From contig DYJA01000027.1 in NCBI GenBank assembly GCA_020723345.1, forward strand, positions 794-64,793: a DNA stretch of 64,000 nucleotides. The letters run 5' to 3'. Each line of letters starts with the position of its first letter. Position 1 is the stretch's first letter. This DNA comes from Candidatus Aquidulcis sp. Lineage in GTDB: Bacteria; Chloroflexota; Anaerolineae; UBA4142. The position numbers were made by a program, and so were the translations under genes. Of this stretch, positions 8,712 through 17,812 are shown piece by piece. A model generated the notes under the pieces. That model saw only the letters and a list, made by a program, of their open reading frames with translations. It was not told where the DNA came from and made no database searches.

Positions 8712-8950
8712 ACAAAGCCGACCTCCGTCGGCTAACCTGCGAAGGCAGGTTTCGCGCTTTCGTTAGCGCGATTTCAATCGCCCCAGTTACGCATCCACCT
8801 TCGCCCGCACCTGCCGCCGAATCAATTCGGCGTCTGACGCAGGTGAAAATCGGCTGCAAGCCGATTGCGTTTCACGCGCAGCCCGATTCTATCGGGCTTG
8901 CACCTCGTTAGCCGTGCGATTGATCGCGCGGCTTGATCGCGCGGCTTGTC
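8712..8950. repeat. Array of short stem-loops (REP-like units) plus a tandem 13-mer.
   Basis: Hairpins lie at 8717-8732, 8736-8749, 8754-8769, 8851-8863 and 8881-8897. The 13-mer tgatcgcgcggct occurs twice, at 8921-8946. The unit at 8732-8782 is homologous to 7437-7483. Confidence 0.65.
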
Positions 8951-8974
8951 GTGCGCCCCAGTTCATGCTATAAT
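8946..8974 (+). promoter_or_regulatory. Sigma70-like promoter for the DUF4258/DUF2283 cassette.
   Basis: TTGTCG (8946-8951), a 17-nt spacer, then TATAAT (8969-8974). It lies 30 nt upstream of the ATG at 9005. Confidence 0.5.
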
Positions 8975-9004
8975 CTGCGTGCGTTCGATCCTCAGGTTGG
9001 AAAC

Positions 9005-9265
9005 ATGAAATCAATCATCTACACCAAACATGCGCGAACGCAGATGCAACTACGCCAAGTCTCGGAATCCGAAACTACCGAGACAATCCGCAATCCAGAG
9101 CGAACGCAATTGGGCAAACACGGCGCAGTAAAAGCGTTTCGCACATTTCCGTTCAATGCCCAACACAACAACGTCTACTACTTATCCAAGCAAGTCGAAG
9201 TTCGTTATTTGTTAAAGCGCGCTGCGATCATCGTTCTGACCGTCATCAGCCGGTTCTTCAATTGA
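9005..9265 (+). CDS. DUF4258-family toxin-like protein.
   Basis: The ATG at 9005 gives MKSIIYTKHARTQMQLRQVSESE..., a typical DUF4258 N-terminus. A DUF2283 partner follows. Confidence 0.7.
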   Translation: MKSIIYTKHARTQMQLRQVSESETTETIRNPERTQLGKHGAVKAFRTFPFNAQHNNVYYLSKQVEVRYLLKRAAIIVLTVISRFFN

Positions 9266-9278
9266 ATGGAGTACCCAA

Positions 9279-9506
9279 ATGAAAATTTCTTATGACCCCG
9301 AAGCCGACGCAATCTATATTCATTTCCGCTCGAACGGCGCAACTGTCGCCGAGACCCGCGAAGTGACTGAAGAAATTCTCGTGGACGTTGACGAAAAGGA
9401 AAACATCGTCGGTCTTGAAATTTTATTTGCGTCCAAACAAATCCCCGTCGCGGATCTCTCCTCTGTCACGATCGAAGGTTTGGTGCAACTCGCCAAAGCC
9501 GCGTGA
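9279..9506 (+). CDS. DUF2283-family antitoxin-like protein.
   Basis: The 75-aa sequence MKISYDPEADAIYIHF...IVGLEIL is the DUF2283 signature. Confidence 0.8.
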   Translation: MKISYDPEADAIYIHFRSNGATVAETREVTEEILVDVDEKENIVGLEILFASKQIPVADLSSVTIEGLVQLAKAA

Positions 9507-9613
9507 CAGTCAATCAGGCAATCGGTAATCAGGCGATCAGTAATCGGGCAGTCAGGACTGGTTGACTGATTGCCTAGTTGACTGGTTGCCCAATTGCCTG
9601 ATTGACCAGTTGC
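9507..9613. repeat. Word hairpin of the caatcagg / gattgac family. It spans the spacer and the last codons of hdrA-1.
   Basis: The left arm is intergenic (9507-9555). The right arm (9560-9613) encodes the C-terminal tail ...ERQLVNQAIGQPVN of hdrA-1 on the minus strand. Confidence 0.75.
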
Positions 9614-12600
9614 CTTTCCTCAAACAACGCTTCCACCTTCGCGATCACCTGCCCATCCTTATAGTGCATCAACTGAATCGCCTTGCCCGGACATTCCGCC
9701 GCGCAGATACCGCAACCCTGGCACGCCGCCGCTTCGATGTGCGCCGCGCCGTAAATACCGCCAATCGCTAGTTTTGCCGTGTCAATGCGCGGGACGCGGT
9801 ACGGGCAGATGCGAACGCACGTCAGACAGCCGGTGCATTTTTCCGCGTCGACTTGCGCGACGATGCCGCCCGCGTGCAACTTGTCTTTGGACAAAATCGT
9901 CGCGGCGCGCGCGGCGGCGGCTTGCGCTTGCGCGATCGCTTCGTTCGGAAATTTCGGATAATGCGCCGCGCCCGCAACGAACACGCCTTCCGTCGCGAAA
10001 TCGACCGGGCGCAGTTTCACATGCGCTTCCAGGAACCAACCGTCCGTGTCGACCGGCACTTTCAAAATGTTTGCCAACTCGCGCGCGTCCTCGTGCGGTG
10101 TCAGCGGCGACGCGACGACGACGAGATCGGCGTTCAGCGTGATTTCCTCGCGCAGCATTGGCTCCCAAACGCGGACGCTGACCGCCGACCGCCGACCGCC
10201 GACCGCCGTCTGCCGTCGGTCGTCTGCGGTCTCAATTTTCGGCAAATGCGCGTCGTCGTAGTGAATGATGACCACGCCGCGCTTGCGCGCTTCTTGATAA
10301 ATCCGCTCGCGAAAGCCGTATGTGCGAATGTCTTTTGTAAGGATCGTCACGCGCGCGTTCGGGTTCAACTCCTTCAAGCGCAGCGCGTTTTCCAGCGACT
10401 CGGTGCAGCACAAGCGTCCGCAATATTTTTCCGCGGGACCGACGCATTGGATGAAAACAACGGTCAATCGGGGATCGGTCAATCGGGCAATCGGTTGCCT
10501 AGTCGCCTGGTTGACTGATTGACTAATTGACTGATTGACTAGTTGACTAAACTCCGACTGCGTGATAACCCGCGCGTCCTTCCCCAAGCCATACGCGTCG
10601 CCGCGCCATTCTTGCGCGCCCGTCGCGACGATGACGACGCCGTGCTTGACCGTTTGCTCCGCGCCGTCCGCGCGTCTCAGGCGACTAACGAAATTGCCGA
10701 CGAAACCGGTTGTCTCAACCACCTGGGTTTCTCGATGAACGAAGATGCGCGGATGCGCGCCCACATGCGCGATCAACTCCCGCGTGTACGTGCCCCAATC
10801 GGTTCCGACTGTTGACTGTTCACTGTTGACACTCAACTGTCCCCCGAGATGCGCGCTCTTCTCGACCAAATGCACCGGGAAACCCTGCTCCGCGAGATTC
10901 AGCGCGGCGTTCATTCCCGCGATCCCGCCGCCGATCACGAGCGCGCTTTTGTCGAGCGCCACCGGCACTTTGAACAGCGGTTCGAGTTGCGACACACGCG
11001 CGACGGACGCGCGCACCAAATCCTTCGCCTTCTGCGTTGCTACGTTCCAGTCATGCGAATGGACCCACGAACACTGATTGCGAATGTTCGCCATCTCGAA
11101 CAGATACGCATTCAGCCCCGCCATCCGAATCGAATCCTGAAACAGCGGCTCGTGCGTGCGCGGGGTGCAGGCAGAGACCACCACGCGATTCAAGTTCTGT
11201 TCCTTCACGACCTGCGTGATGCGCGCAATCGAATCTTGCGAGCAGGTGTACAGATTCGTTTCAGCGTGAACGACATTGGGTAAAGTGCGCGCGTACTCCG
11301 CGACCGCTTTCACGTCCAGATAGCCCGCGATGTTCGACCCGCAGTGGCAGACGAACACGCCGACGCGCGGCGACTCTTGCGCGATCTCGCGCTCCGGCGG
11401 ATACTCTTTGCGCCGCGCCAACGCGCCGCGCACTTGCGCCAGCAACACCTCCGCGTTCGCCGCCGCGCCGCTCGCGTCCATCACCGTTTCCGGAATATCT
11501 TTCGGTTCGATGAACGGACCCGCCGCGAAAATTCCCGCGCGCGACGTTTCGAGCGGGCGAAACGGAATCGTCTGGCAGAATCCGTAATCGTCGAGCGCGA
11601 CGCCCAGTTTCATTCCCAGGTCGCGTACCCTTTGCGAAATCTCCATCCCGACGGAGAGGACGACGAGATCAAACTCCTCTTCAATGATAGGCAATCGGTC
11701 AATCAGGGATCGGTCAACTGGTTGCCCAATCGCCTGATCGCCTGATTGACTAATTGACTCGGCATAGCGTACGACGAGATTTCCATTCGCCGGATTTTCC
11801 TTCACCGCCGAGACGCGGCACCGCGAATACTTGACCCCGTACCGCTCCCGCGCGCGTTGATAATATTCCGCGTACCCTTTGCTGAACGCGCGCGCGTCCA
11901 TCATAAAAATGTGAATGTCCGCGTCGCGGTCGTGCTCCTTCGCGATCATCGCCTCTTTCGCGGCGTACATACAGCAGACCGCGCTGCAATAATCGTGGGT
12001 CTGATCGCGCGAGCCGATGCACTGCAAGAACGCAATCTTGCGCGCGGGCTTGCCATCGCTTGGTCGCGTCACATGCCCGCTCGTCGGACCCGACGCGGAG
12101 AGCAAGCGTTCGAATTGCAGACTCGTGACGACGTTCGGGAATCGTCCGAAACCGAATTCCTCCGACAATTCCGCGCGGTACACCTCGTACCCCGGCGCGA
12201 GAATCACCGCGCCGACCTGGATTTGATCTTCGCGCTCGACCATCTCGTGGACGATGGCGTTGACGCCGCACGCCTTGACGCACTGATAACACTCGGCGCA
12301 CAAGCCGCACGCGAGACAGCGCTCCGCTTCCGCGACCGCCTGCTCCTCGGTCAGCACTTGCTCCACTTCCCGAAAATCGCCGACGCGCGCCGCGACCGGT
12401 TCCGTCGCGATCCGGGGTCGTGCGCCGCGCGTGATTTCGCCGCGCGCGCGTTTCGCTTCGATTTCCGCGTCGGTCCATTTGCCAACCGGCAACGGCTGCT
12501 CTTCACGCGCGCTGATCATCGGCAAGCCGCGCAGATGGCGATGAATCGAAAGCGCGCCGCGCCGCCCCGCCGCAATCGCGTCGATCAGCATTCCCGGACC

Positions 12601-14211
12601 TTGCGCCGCATCGCCTCCGGCAAAAATGCCTGGGACGTTCGTTGCGAGTGTGATGGAATCCACGTGGAACCAGCCCTCGCGCGCAACCTTCAAACCGTGA
12701 TCCGGCGTGAGGAGCGAAATCTCCGGCGCTTGCGCGACCGCCGCGATCAGCGCGTCCGCTTCGATGACGAATTCCGAACCTGGGATCGGCACCGGGCGGC
12801 GTCGCCCGCTCGCGTCCGGCTCGCCGAGTTGCATCCGCACGCAGCGCACGCCGCGCACGCGTCCGTCGTCGCGCAGCACCTCGACCGGCGCGGTGAGCAA
12901 CTCGACGCGCATCCCTTCCGCTTCACCGGCGGCGACCTCGTGCGGCAGCGCGGGCATCTCCGCGCGCGTGCGGCGGTAAAGCAGCGTCACCTCTTGCGCG
13001 CCGACGCGCCGCGCGGTGCGCGCCGCGTCGATCGCGGTGTTGCCGCCGCCGACGACGATGACGCGCTTGCCCAGTTCGACCTTTTCGCCCAGACTCACGC
13101 GCCGCAAGAACGCGACGCCGTAATGCACGCCGCTTGTCCCGCGTTCGCCGGGAATTCCCAGTTCCTGCGGTTGATGCGCGCCGACCGCGAGAAAAATCGC
13201 TTTGAATCCTTGGCGAAAAAGATCGCGCAAGTCATGCACCGGGCGATTCAGCCGAATCTCAACGCCTTCTGCGCGAATGTCGTCAATCTCGCGCTCGAGC
13301 ACCGCGCGCGGCAGACGATACGCGGGAATCCCGACGCGCATCATGCCGCCCGCGACCGACAGCGCCTCGAACACCGTCGCTTTGTAGCCGAATCGCGCGA
13401 GGTGGTGCGCGCACGAAAGCCCGGCGGGACCTGAGCCAACAATCGCGATTTCTTCGGCGTACTGGCGCTCCGGCGCGATCACCGGCGCGCCCGCTTGCTG
13501 ATCGGCGACGAACCGCTTGAGCGCGCAGATCGCGATTGGCTCGTCCACCTGTCCGCGCGAACATTCGCTCTCGCACGGATGCGAGCAGACCCGTCCGACC
13601 GTCGCGGGAAACGGATTGTACTGCTTGATCACTTCGAGCGCGTCCGCGTAGCGCCGCGCCTTGATCAGCGCGACGTACCCCTGCGCGCTCGTGTTCGCCG
13701 GGCAAGTCGCTTTGCACGGCGCGATACCGCGCTTTTCGATCGCGTACGCCGCGGGAATCGCTTGCGGATAAAGCCGGTACGCCGCGTGGCGCTTCGACAG
13801 ATGCTCGTTGTACGGATCGGGCAAAACGATCGGACAGACTTTTTCGCAATCGCCGCAGCCGATGCACTGGGTCACGTCCACGTAGCGCGGCTTGCGTTTC
13901 AGCGTCGCGGTGAAATTGCCCGCCGCGCCGTTCACGTCGAGCACTTGCGTATCGGTCAATATTTCGATGTTAAGGTGCCGCCCTGCTTCGACGAGGCGCG
14001 GCGCGAGCGTACACATCGCGCAATCGTTCGTCGGGAACGTCTTGTCGAGTTGCGCCATGTGTCCGCCGATGGCGGATTTGGATTCGACGAGATAGACTTT
14101 GAATCCGCTTTCGGCGAGATCGAGCGCGGCTTGAATTCCGCCGACGCCACCGCCGACGACCATCACCGCGCCGATCGGGGTGTTCGATTGAGCATGACCT
14201 TCATCAGCCAT
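9574..14211 (-). CDS. hdrA: Giant HdrA-like flavoprotein: HdrA N-terminal module + GltD/NfnB-like NAD(P)H module + rest of HdrA + a second HdrA-like module.
   Basis: 1545 aa. VVGGGVGGIQAALDLA...TNDCAMC is the HdrA FAD/Cys motif. CSHPCESECSRG...IVGSGPAGLSCA is GltD-like. A second GGGIAGMNAALNLA module follows, then the C-terminal CTGCLTCVRICP...CQGCGICAAECP ferredoxin domain. Confidence 0.9.
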   Translation of the reverse strand: MADEGHAQSNTPIGAVMVVGGGVGGIQAALDLAESGFKVYLVESKSAIGGHMAQLDKTFPTNDCAMCTLAPRLVEAGRHLNIEILTDTQVLDVNGAAGNFTATLKRKPRYVDVTQCIGCGDCEKVCPIVLPDPYNEHLSKRHAAYRLYPQAIPAAYAIEKRGIAPCKATCPANTSAQGYVALIKARRYADALEVIKQYNPFPATVGRVCSHPCESECSRGQVDEPIAICALKRFVADQQAGAPVIAPERQYAEEIAIVGSGPAGLSCAHHLARFGYKATVFEALSVAGGMMRVGIPAYRLPRAVLEREIDDIRAEGVEIRLNRPVHDLRDLFRQGFKAIFLAVGAHQPQELGIPGERGTSGVHYGVAFLRRVSLGEKVELGKRVIVVGGGNTAIDAARTARRVGAQEVTLLYRRTRAEMPALPHEVAAGEAEGMRVELLTAPVEVLRDDGRVRGVRCVRMQLGEPDASGRRRPVPIPGSEFVIEADALIAAVAQAPEISLLTPDHGLKVAREGWFHVDSITLATNVPGIFAGGDAAQGPGMLIDAIAAGRRGALSIHRHLRGLPMISAREEQPLPVGKWTDAEIEAKRARGEITRGARPRIATEPVAARVGDFREVEQVLTEEQAVAEAERCLACGLCAECYQCVKACGVNAIVHEMVEREDQIQVGAVILAPGYEVYRAELSEEFGFGRFPNVVTSLQFERLLSASGPTSGHVTRPSDGKPARKIAFLQCIGSRDQTHDYCSAVCCMYAAKEAMIAKEHDRDADIHIFMMDARAFSKGYAEYYQRARERYGVKYSRCRVSAVKENPANGNLVVRYAESISQSGDQAIGQPVDRSLIDRLPIIEEEFDLVVLSVGMEISQRVRDLGMKLGVALDDYGFCQTIPFRPLETSRAGIFAAGPFIEPKDIPETVMDASGAAANAEVLLAQVRGALARRKEYPPEREIAQESPRVGVFVCHCGSNIAGYLDVKAVAEYARTLPNVVHAETNLYTCSQDSIARITQVVKEQNLNRVVVSACTPRTHEPLFQDSIRMAGLNAYLFEMANIRNQCSWVHSHDWNVATQKAKDLVRASVARVSQLEPLFKVPVALDKSALVIGGGIAGMNAALNLAEQGFPVHLVEKSAHLGGQLSVNSEQSTVGTDWGTYTRELIAHVGAHPRIFVHRETQVVETTGFVGNFVSRLRRADGAEQTVKHGVVIVATGAQEWRGDAYGLGKDARVITQSEFSQLVNQSISQSVNQATRQPIARLTDPRLTVVFIQCVGPAEKYCGRLCCTESLENALRLKELNPNARVTILTKDIRTYGFRERIYQEARKRGVVIIHYDDAHLPKIETADDRRQTAVGGRRSAVSVRVWEPMLREEITLNADLVVVASPLTPHEDARELANILKVPVDTDGWFLEAHVKLRPVDFATEGVFVAGAAHYPKFPNEAIAQAQAAAARAATILSKDKLHAGGIVAQVDAEKCTGCLTCVRICPYRVPRIDTAKLAIGGIYGAAHIEAAACQGCGICAAECPGKAIQLMHYKDGQVIAKVEALFEERQLVNQAIGQPVN

Positions 14212-14287
14212 TGCCTCACCTACTTTCCACGCGTGCTCAACGCGCGTTCACACCGCGACAACCCGATTCATTCGGGTCGAATCCGGA

Positions 14288-14647
14288 TCAACCACTCAGC
14301 GCTTTTATCCGCCGTAACAACTCCGCCGGTCGTACCGGCTTTTCGATATACTCCACCGGTTTGACGCCGACCGTCGGCATCGCGCTCAAACTGCCGGAGA
14401 GACTCGTCAGCAAAATCACCGGCACATCCGCCAGCCCTGGCTCCGCTTGCAATTTCTCATAGATATCAAACCCGCTCTCGCCCGGCATGATCACGTCGAG
14501 AATGATCAGGTCGGGGCGCGCCGCGCGCGCCTGCGCCAATCCCGCCGCGCCGCTGTACGCGATGTCCACTTGGTACGGCGCGCTCTCCAACACCGTGCGC
14601 GTGGCTTCCACAAAATCGCGGTCGTCGTCAATCACCAGAATTCGCAT
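14288..14647 (-). CDS. Single-domain response regulator (receiver).
   Basis: MRILVIDDD...LIILDVIMPGESG...EKP matches the CheY-like receiver pattern. Confidence 0.85.
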   Translation of the reverse strand: MRILVIDDDRDFVEATRTVLESAPYQVDIAYSGAAGLAQARAARPDLIILDVIMPGESGFDIYEKLQAEPGLADVPVILLTSLSGSLSAMPTVGVKPVEYIEKPVRPAELLRRIKALSG

Positions 14648-14658
14648 ATTTCATTCGT

Positions 14659-15849
14659 TCATTCGTTTATTCGTTCTCGATTCGTCGACACCCACTGTCT
14701 CCGTCGCATCTCCGGAGTTTGCAAATTGCGCGGAATCACCACCGTAAATCGCGTCCCCGTTTTGCCTTCGCCATACGGGCTTGAGACGCGAATCGCGCCG
14801 CCGTGCGCGTCCATAATTTTCTTGGCGAGCGCCAAACCCAGCCCGGTACCGGGCGCGTCGCCCACATTATCCGCGCGATAAAAATCTTCAAAGATGTGCG
14901 GCAGATCTTCCGGCGGAATGCCAACTCCTTCGTCTTCAACTTCGAAGTACAGCGTGTCCGGCTCGTACCACGCGCGAAAGACCACGGCGCTGCCTTCGGG
15001 CGAGAACTTGACGGCGTTGCTGAGCAGATTGGTCAGGACCTGCCGCAGCCGGCGGCGCGCGCCGACGATCTTCTCGAAATGCGGCGGCGGCACGATTTTG
15101 ATTTTGATGTTGCGCTCCGCCGCCGCCAGCCGCACATCCTCGAACGCTTCGGTGCCAACCTCGCCGGGATCGAACCATTCGAAATCGGCTTGGATTTGCT
15201 CCGGGCGCATCCGCGCCAGGTCCACCAGATCGCCGATCAGGGCGCGCAAATCTCGGACGCGCAGCAAACTGCGCTGCAACATGCGCTGCTGCTTTTCGGT
15301 CAGGTCGCCCGTAAAGCGATCCAGCATCACCTGGAGATAATTCTCGATCGCGGACAGCGGCGCGCGCAATTCGTGCGACGCGATCGATAGAAAGAACGTC
15401 AGCGTGTCCATCGCGTTCTTGTAGCGCGTGCCGATCAGCGACGCGAGCGCCGTCAAAACTTTGAGCCCGGCGGCGGGATGCCGCTCCAGGTACTCGCGCA
15501 GCGCCGCGCCGTCAATGGCGATCACGCGCGTCGGCTCCAGGCACAGCCCGGTCGAGGTGTAAACGTAGGGTTGCACGAGCGCGGACCACCCCGCCACGCT
15601 GCCCGGTTCGACATAGCCGACGGTTGCCGCGCGCGCTTTGGCGCGTTTGCTCAACTGAATCTTTTTCTCCAGCGCCAGTTTTCCGGACTCGACCAGAAAC
15701 AACCGCTCGGCGCGCGCGTCTTCGGTCAGCAATACGGCGTTTTCCGGATGCGCCTCTTCGCGGCAGAACCGGGCGATGTCCGTCAATTCCGCGTCGGTCA
15801 GTTCGCCAAAAATATCTGACTGTTTCAAGCGTTCACTCAGATTTCCCAT
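14659..15849 (-). CDS. Histidine kinase with an N-terminal cyclic-nucleotide-binding-like domain.
   Basis: The N-terminus is cNMP-binding-like (IFGELTDAEL...LFLVESGKL). The H-box is SIASHELRAPLSAI, and an HATPase domain is present (NAVKF, DEGVGI, GTGLGLA). Confidence 0.85.
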   Translation of the reverse strand: MGNLSERLKQSDIFGELTDAELTDIARFCREEAHPENAVLLTEDARAERLFLVESGKLALEKKIQLSKRAKARAATVGYVEPGSVAGWSALVQPYVYTSTGLCLEPTRVIAIDGAALREYLERHPAAGLKVLTALASLIGTRYKNAMDTLTFFLSIASHELRAPLSAIENYLQVMLDRFTGDLTEKQQRMLQRSLLRVRDLRALIGDLVDLARMRPEQIQADFEWFDPGEVGTEAFEDVRLAAAERNIKIKIVPPPHFEKIVGARRRLRQVLTNLLSNAVKFSPEGSAVVFRAWYEPDTLYFEVEDEGVGIPPEDLPHIFEDFYRADNVGDAPGTGLGLALAKKIMDAHGGAIRVSSPYGEGKTGTRFTVVIPRNLQTPEMRRRQWVSTNRERINE

Positions 15850-17230
15850 CCGCCATTACCTTGGGCAGAAGACACGAAAACTTGCTGCCGCTGTGGTCCA
15901 CGCAGTACGGACTCTCCACCCAGATCTTTCCGCCGTGCGCTTCGATAATGCGGCGCGCCGTGCTGAGTCCCAATCCCGCGCCGGGGATGAATTCGCCCTC
16001 GCGCACGCGAAAATAATCTTCGAAGATGTGCGGCAAACGACTCGCCGGAATACCTACGCCGGTATCTGTCACCTCGATGCGGACGTGCTCGCGCTCTTCC
16101 GCCAAAGTCAGAACGACCTGACCGCCCGGCGGGGTGAACTTGATCCCGTTGTCCAGCAAGTTAACCAGGAGACGGCGCAGGCGCTTGGGCGAACCGCGCA
16201 GGGTGAACCGCGCGGACGGCGCAATGCTCTCGATGTTCACGCCTTTCTCTTTCGCCCGCACGTCCACATCCTCCAACGCTTGCCGCGCCACGACCGCCAA
16301 GTTGGTTTGCTCCATCTCCTGCGCGATGCGCCGCGCGTCCAGCAGAGATACGTCGAGAAAATCGTTGATGAGTTGGAGCAGTTCTTCCAAACGCGCCAGG
16401 GTTCGTTCCAACCAGTGACGCTGTTTGGGCGCAACTTCTCCGGCGTAACCGTCGAGAATCGTCTGCACGTAGTTGACCGCGACCGCCAGCGGCGTTTTCA
16501 GATCGTGCGAAGCGAGGCCGAGAAAGAAGGTTCGCATCCGGTCGAGTTCCGCCAATTGATCCCGCGCCCGTTCCAGTTCGCGCATCTGGGCTTGCCGCCG
16601 CCGCCGCAATTCGCTGGCGATGCTGATCGCAACCCCGGAGACAACACTCAGCGTGGCGGTGAAAGCCGCCAGCACCGCCGCGACGTACGCGCTTTCGCGG
16701 TACATCTCTTCCCGGAAAAACCCGCCGAGGTGGATATGGGGCAGCCAGCCCCAATATTCTCCGGCAACCAAACCGGCGAAGAGACCGAGCGCGAGCGCCG
16801 TCACCCAGATCATATCGCGCGCGGGAAGCAAGAGATTGCCCAAGCCGACGTGAATCAAGTAGAATAGAAAAAATGGATTCTCGATGCCGCCGGTCAGGTG
16901 AATCAGTCCGGTCAAACCAACAAGGTCGGTGATGATTTGGGCGTGCGCGAAAATTCGTCCACGCCGCACGCGCGTCTCGGCAGACGCCTCGGCGCGCTGC
17001 TCCCAGTTTGCCCACAAGAAAAAGATCGAATTTAAAAGTGCGATGGCAAACGCCATTTGAAACAGCGGCGCGGCTGGAAACTGTACGTCGAAAACTTGCT
17101 GCGCCAGCACGACACCGCCGATGATCGCCGCAACCGCGACCCAGCGCAGGACGATGTATTGCCGCAGTCGCCGCGGCAGTTCGATCTCTTCTGCGAGTCC
17201 CTCGTTCAGCGGGACGTTTGCCGTTTCCAT
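15833..17230 (-). CDS. Membrane sensor histidine kinase.
   Basis: Multiple TM helices are followed by the H-box GLASHDLKTPLAV and an HATPase domain. The ATG at 17230 is preferred because the track start at 17320 lies inside a tcgattttcgat word hairpin. The start remains uncertain. Confidence 0.8.
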   Translation of the reverse strand: METANVPLNEGLAEEIELPRRLRQYIVLRWVAVAAIIGGVVLAQQVFDVQFPAAPLFQMAFAIALLNSIFFLWANWEQRAEASAETRVRRGRIFAHAQIITDLVGLTGLIHLTGGIENPFFLFYLIHVGLGNLLLPARDMIWVTALALGLFAGLVAGEYWGWLPHIHLGGFFREEMYRESAYVAAVLAAFTATLSVVSGVAISIASELRRRRQAQMRELERARDQLAELDRMRTFFLGLASHDLKTPLAVAVNYVQTILDGYAGEVAPKQRHWLERTLARLEELLQLINDFLDVSLLDARRIAQEMEQTNLAVVARQALEDVDVRAKEKGVNIESIAPSARFTLRGSPKRLRRLLVNLLDNGIKFTPPGGQVVLTLAEEREHVRIEVTDTGVGIPASRLPHIFEDYFRVREGEFIPGAGLGLSTARRIIEAHGGKIWVESPYCVDHSGSKFSCLLPKVMADGKSE

Positions 17231-17326
17231 CGTCGGTCCCAGAATTTTCGATTTCTGATTTTCGATTTTCGATTTGACTCTTGAACGACCGCCAGCAATC
17301 GAAAATCGGCAATCGCCCATCGAAAA

Positions 17327-17713
17327 TCATTTGAGCAGCGCTTTGACGCGCCGCAATAACTCCGCGGGTGCCACGGGTTTTTGCGCATAGTCTTGCACAT
17401 CCATCGCCAGACCTGTCTCCAACTCATAACGCCGGCGGCTCGCGTCTTCGACAACGGTGGTGAGAACCATAATCGGCACGTCCGCGAACTGGGGATCGCG
17501 GCGCATCTCCCGGATGACGCCCCAGCCGTCCAGGCGCGGCATCAACAAATCCAGGATCAACAGATCCGGCGCTCTTTGCGCGATCATCTCCAGACATTTC
17601 TTGCCGTCGCGCGCCGTTGCCAGGTGATAGGGCTGAGTCTCCAGAACGGCGGTGATGCCATCGAGAATGTCCGGGTCGTCATCCACAATCAAGATGTACG
17701 GTTTGTCTCCCAT
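17327..17713 (-). CDS. Single-domain response regulator (receiver).
   Basis: MGDKPYILIVDDDPDILD...LLILDLLMPRLDG. The ATG at 17713 follows a GAGGGAGG RBS. The longer track ORF would run into the mvhD-2 tail. Confidence 0.85.
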   Translation of the reverse strand: MGDKPYILIVDDDPDILDGITAVLETQPYHLATARDGKKCLEMIAQRAPDLLILDLLMPRLDGWGVIREMRRDPQFADVPIMVLTTVVEDASRRRYELETGLAMDVQDYAQKPVAPAELLRRVKALLK

Positions 17714-17812
17714 CGCCCCCTCCCTCGGAGTGACGGGTGACATGTGAGATTGCAGGTGACACGGCATCTCGCGCGCTTGCCACATGTCACTTGCTACTCT
17801 TCTTGTCACTTG

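Noticed and set aside
8712-8950. Possible CRISPR array, given gtttca-like strings and several short hairpins.
   Set aside because: There is no constant repeat length and no regular repeat-spacer periodicity. The hairpins differ in sequence, and no cas genes are present in the window.
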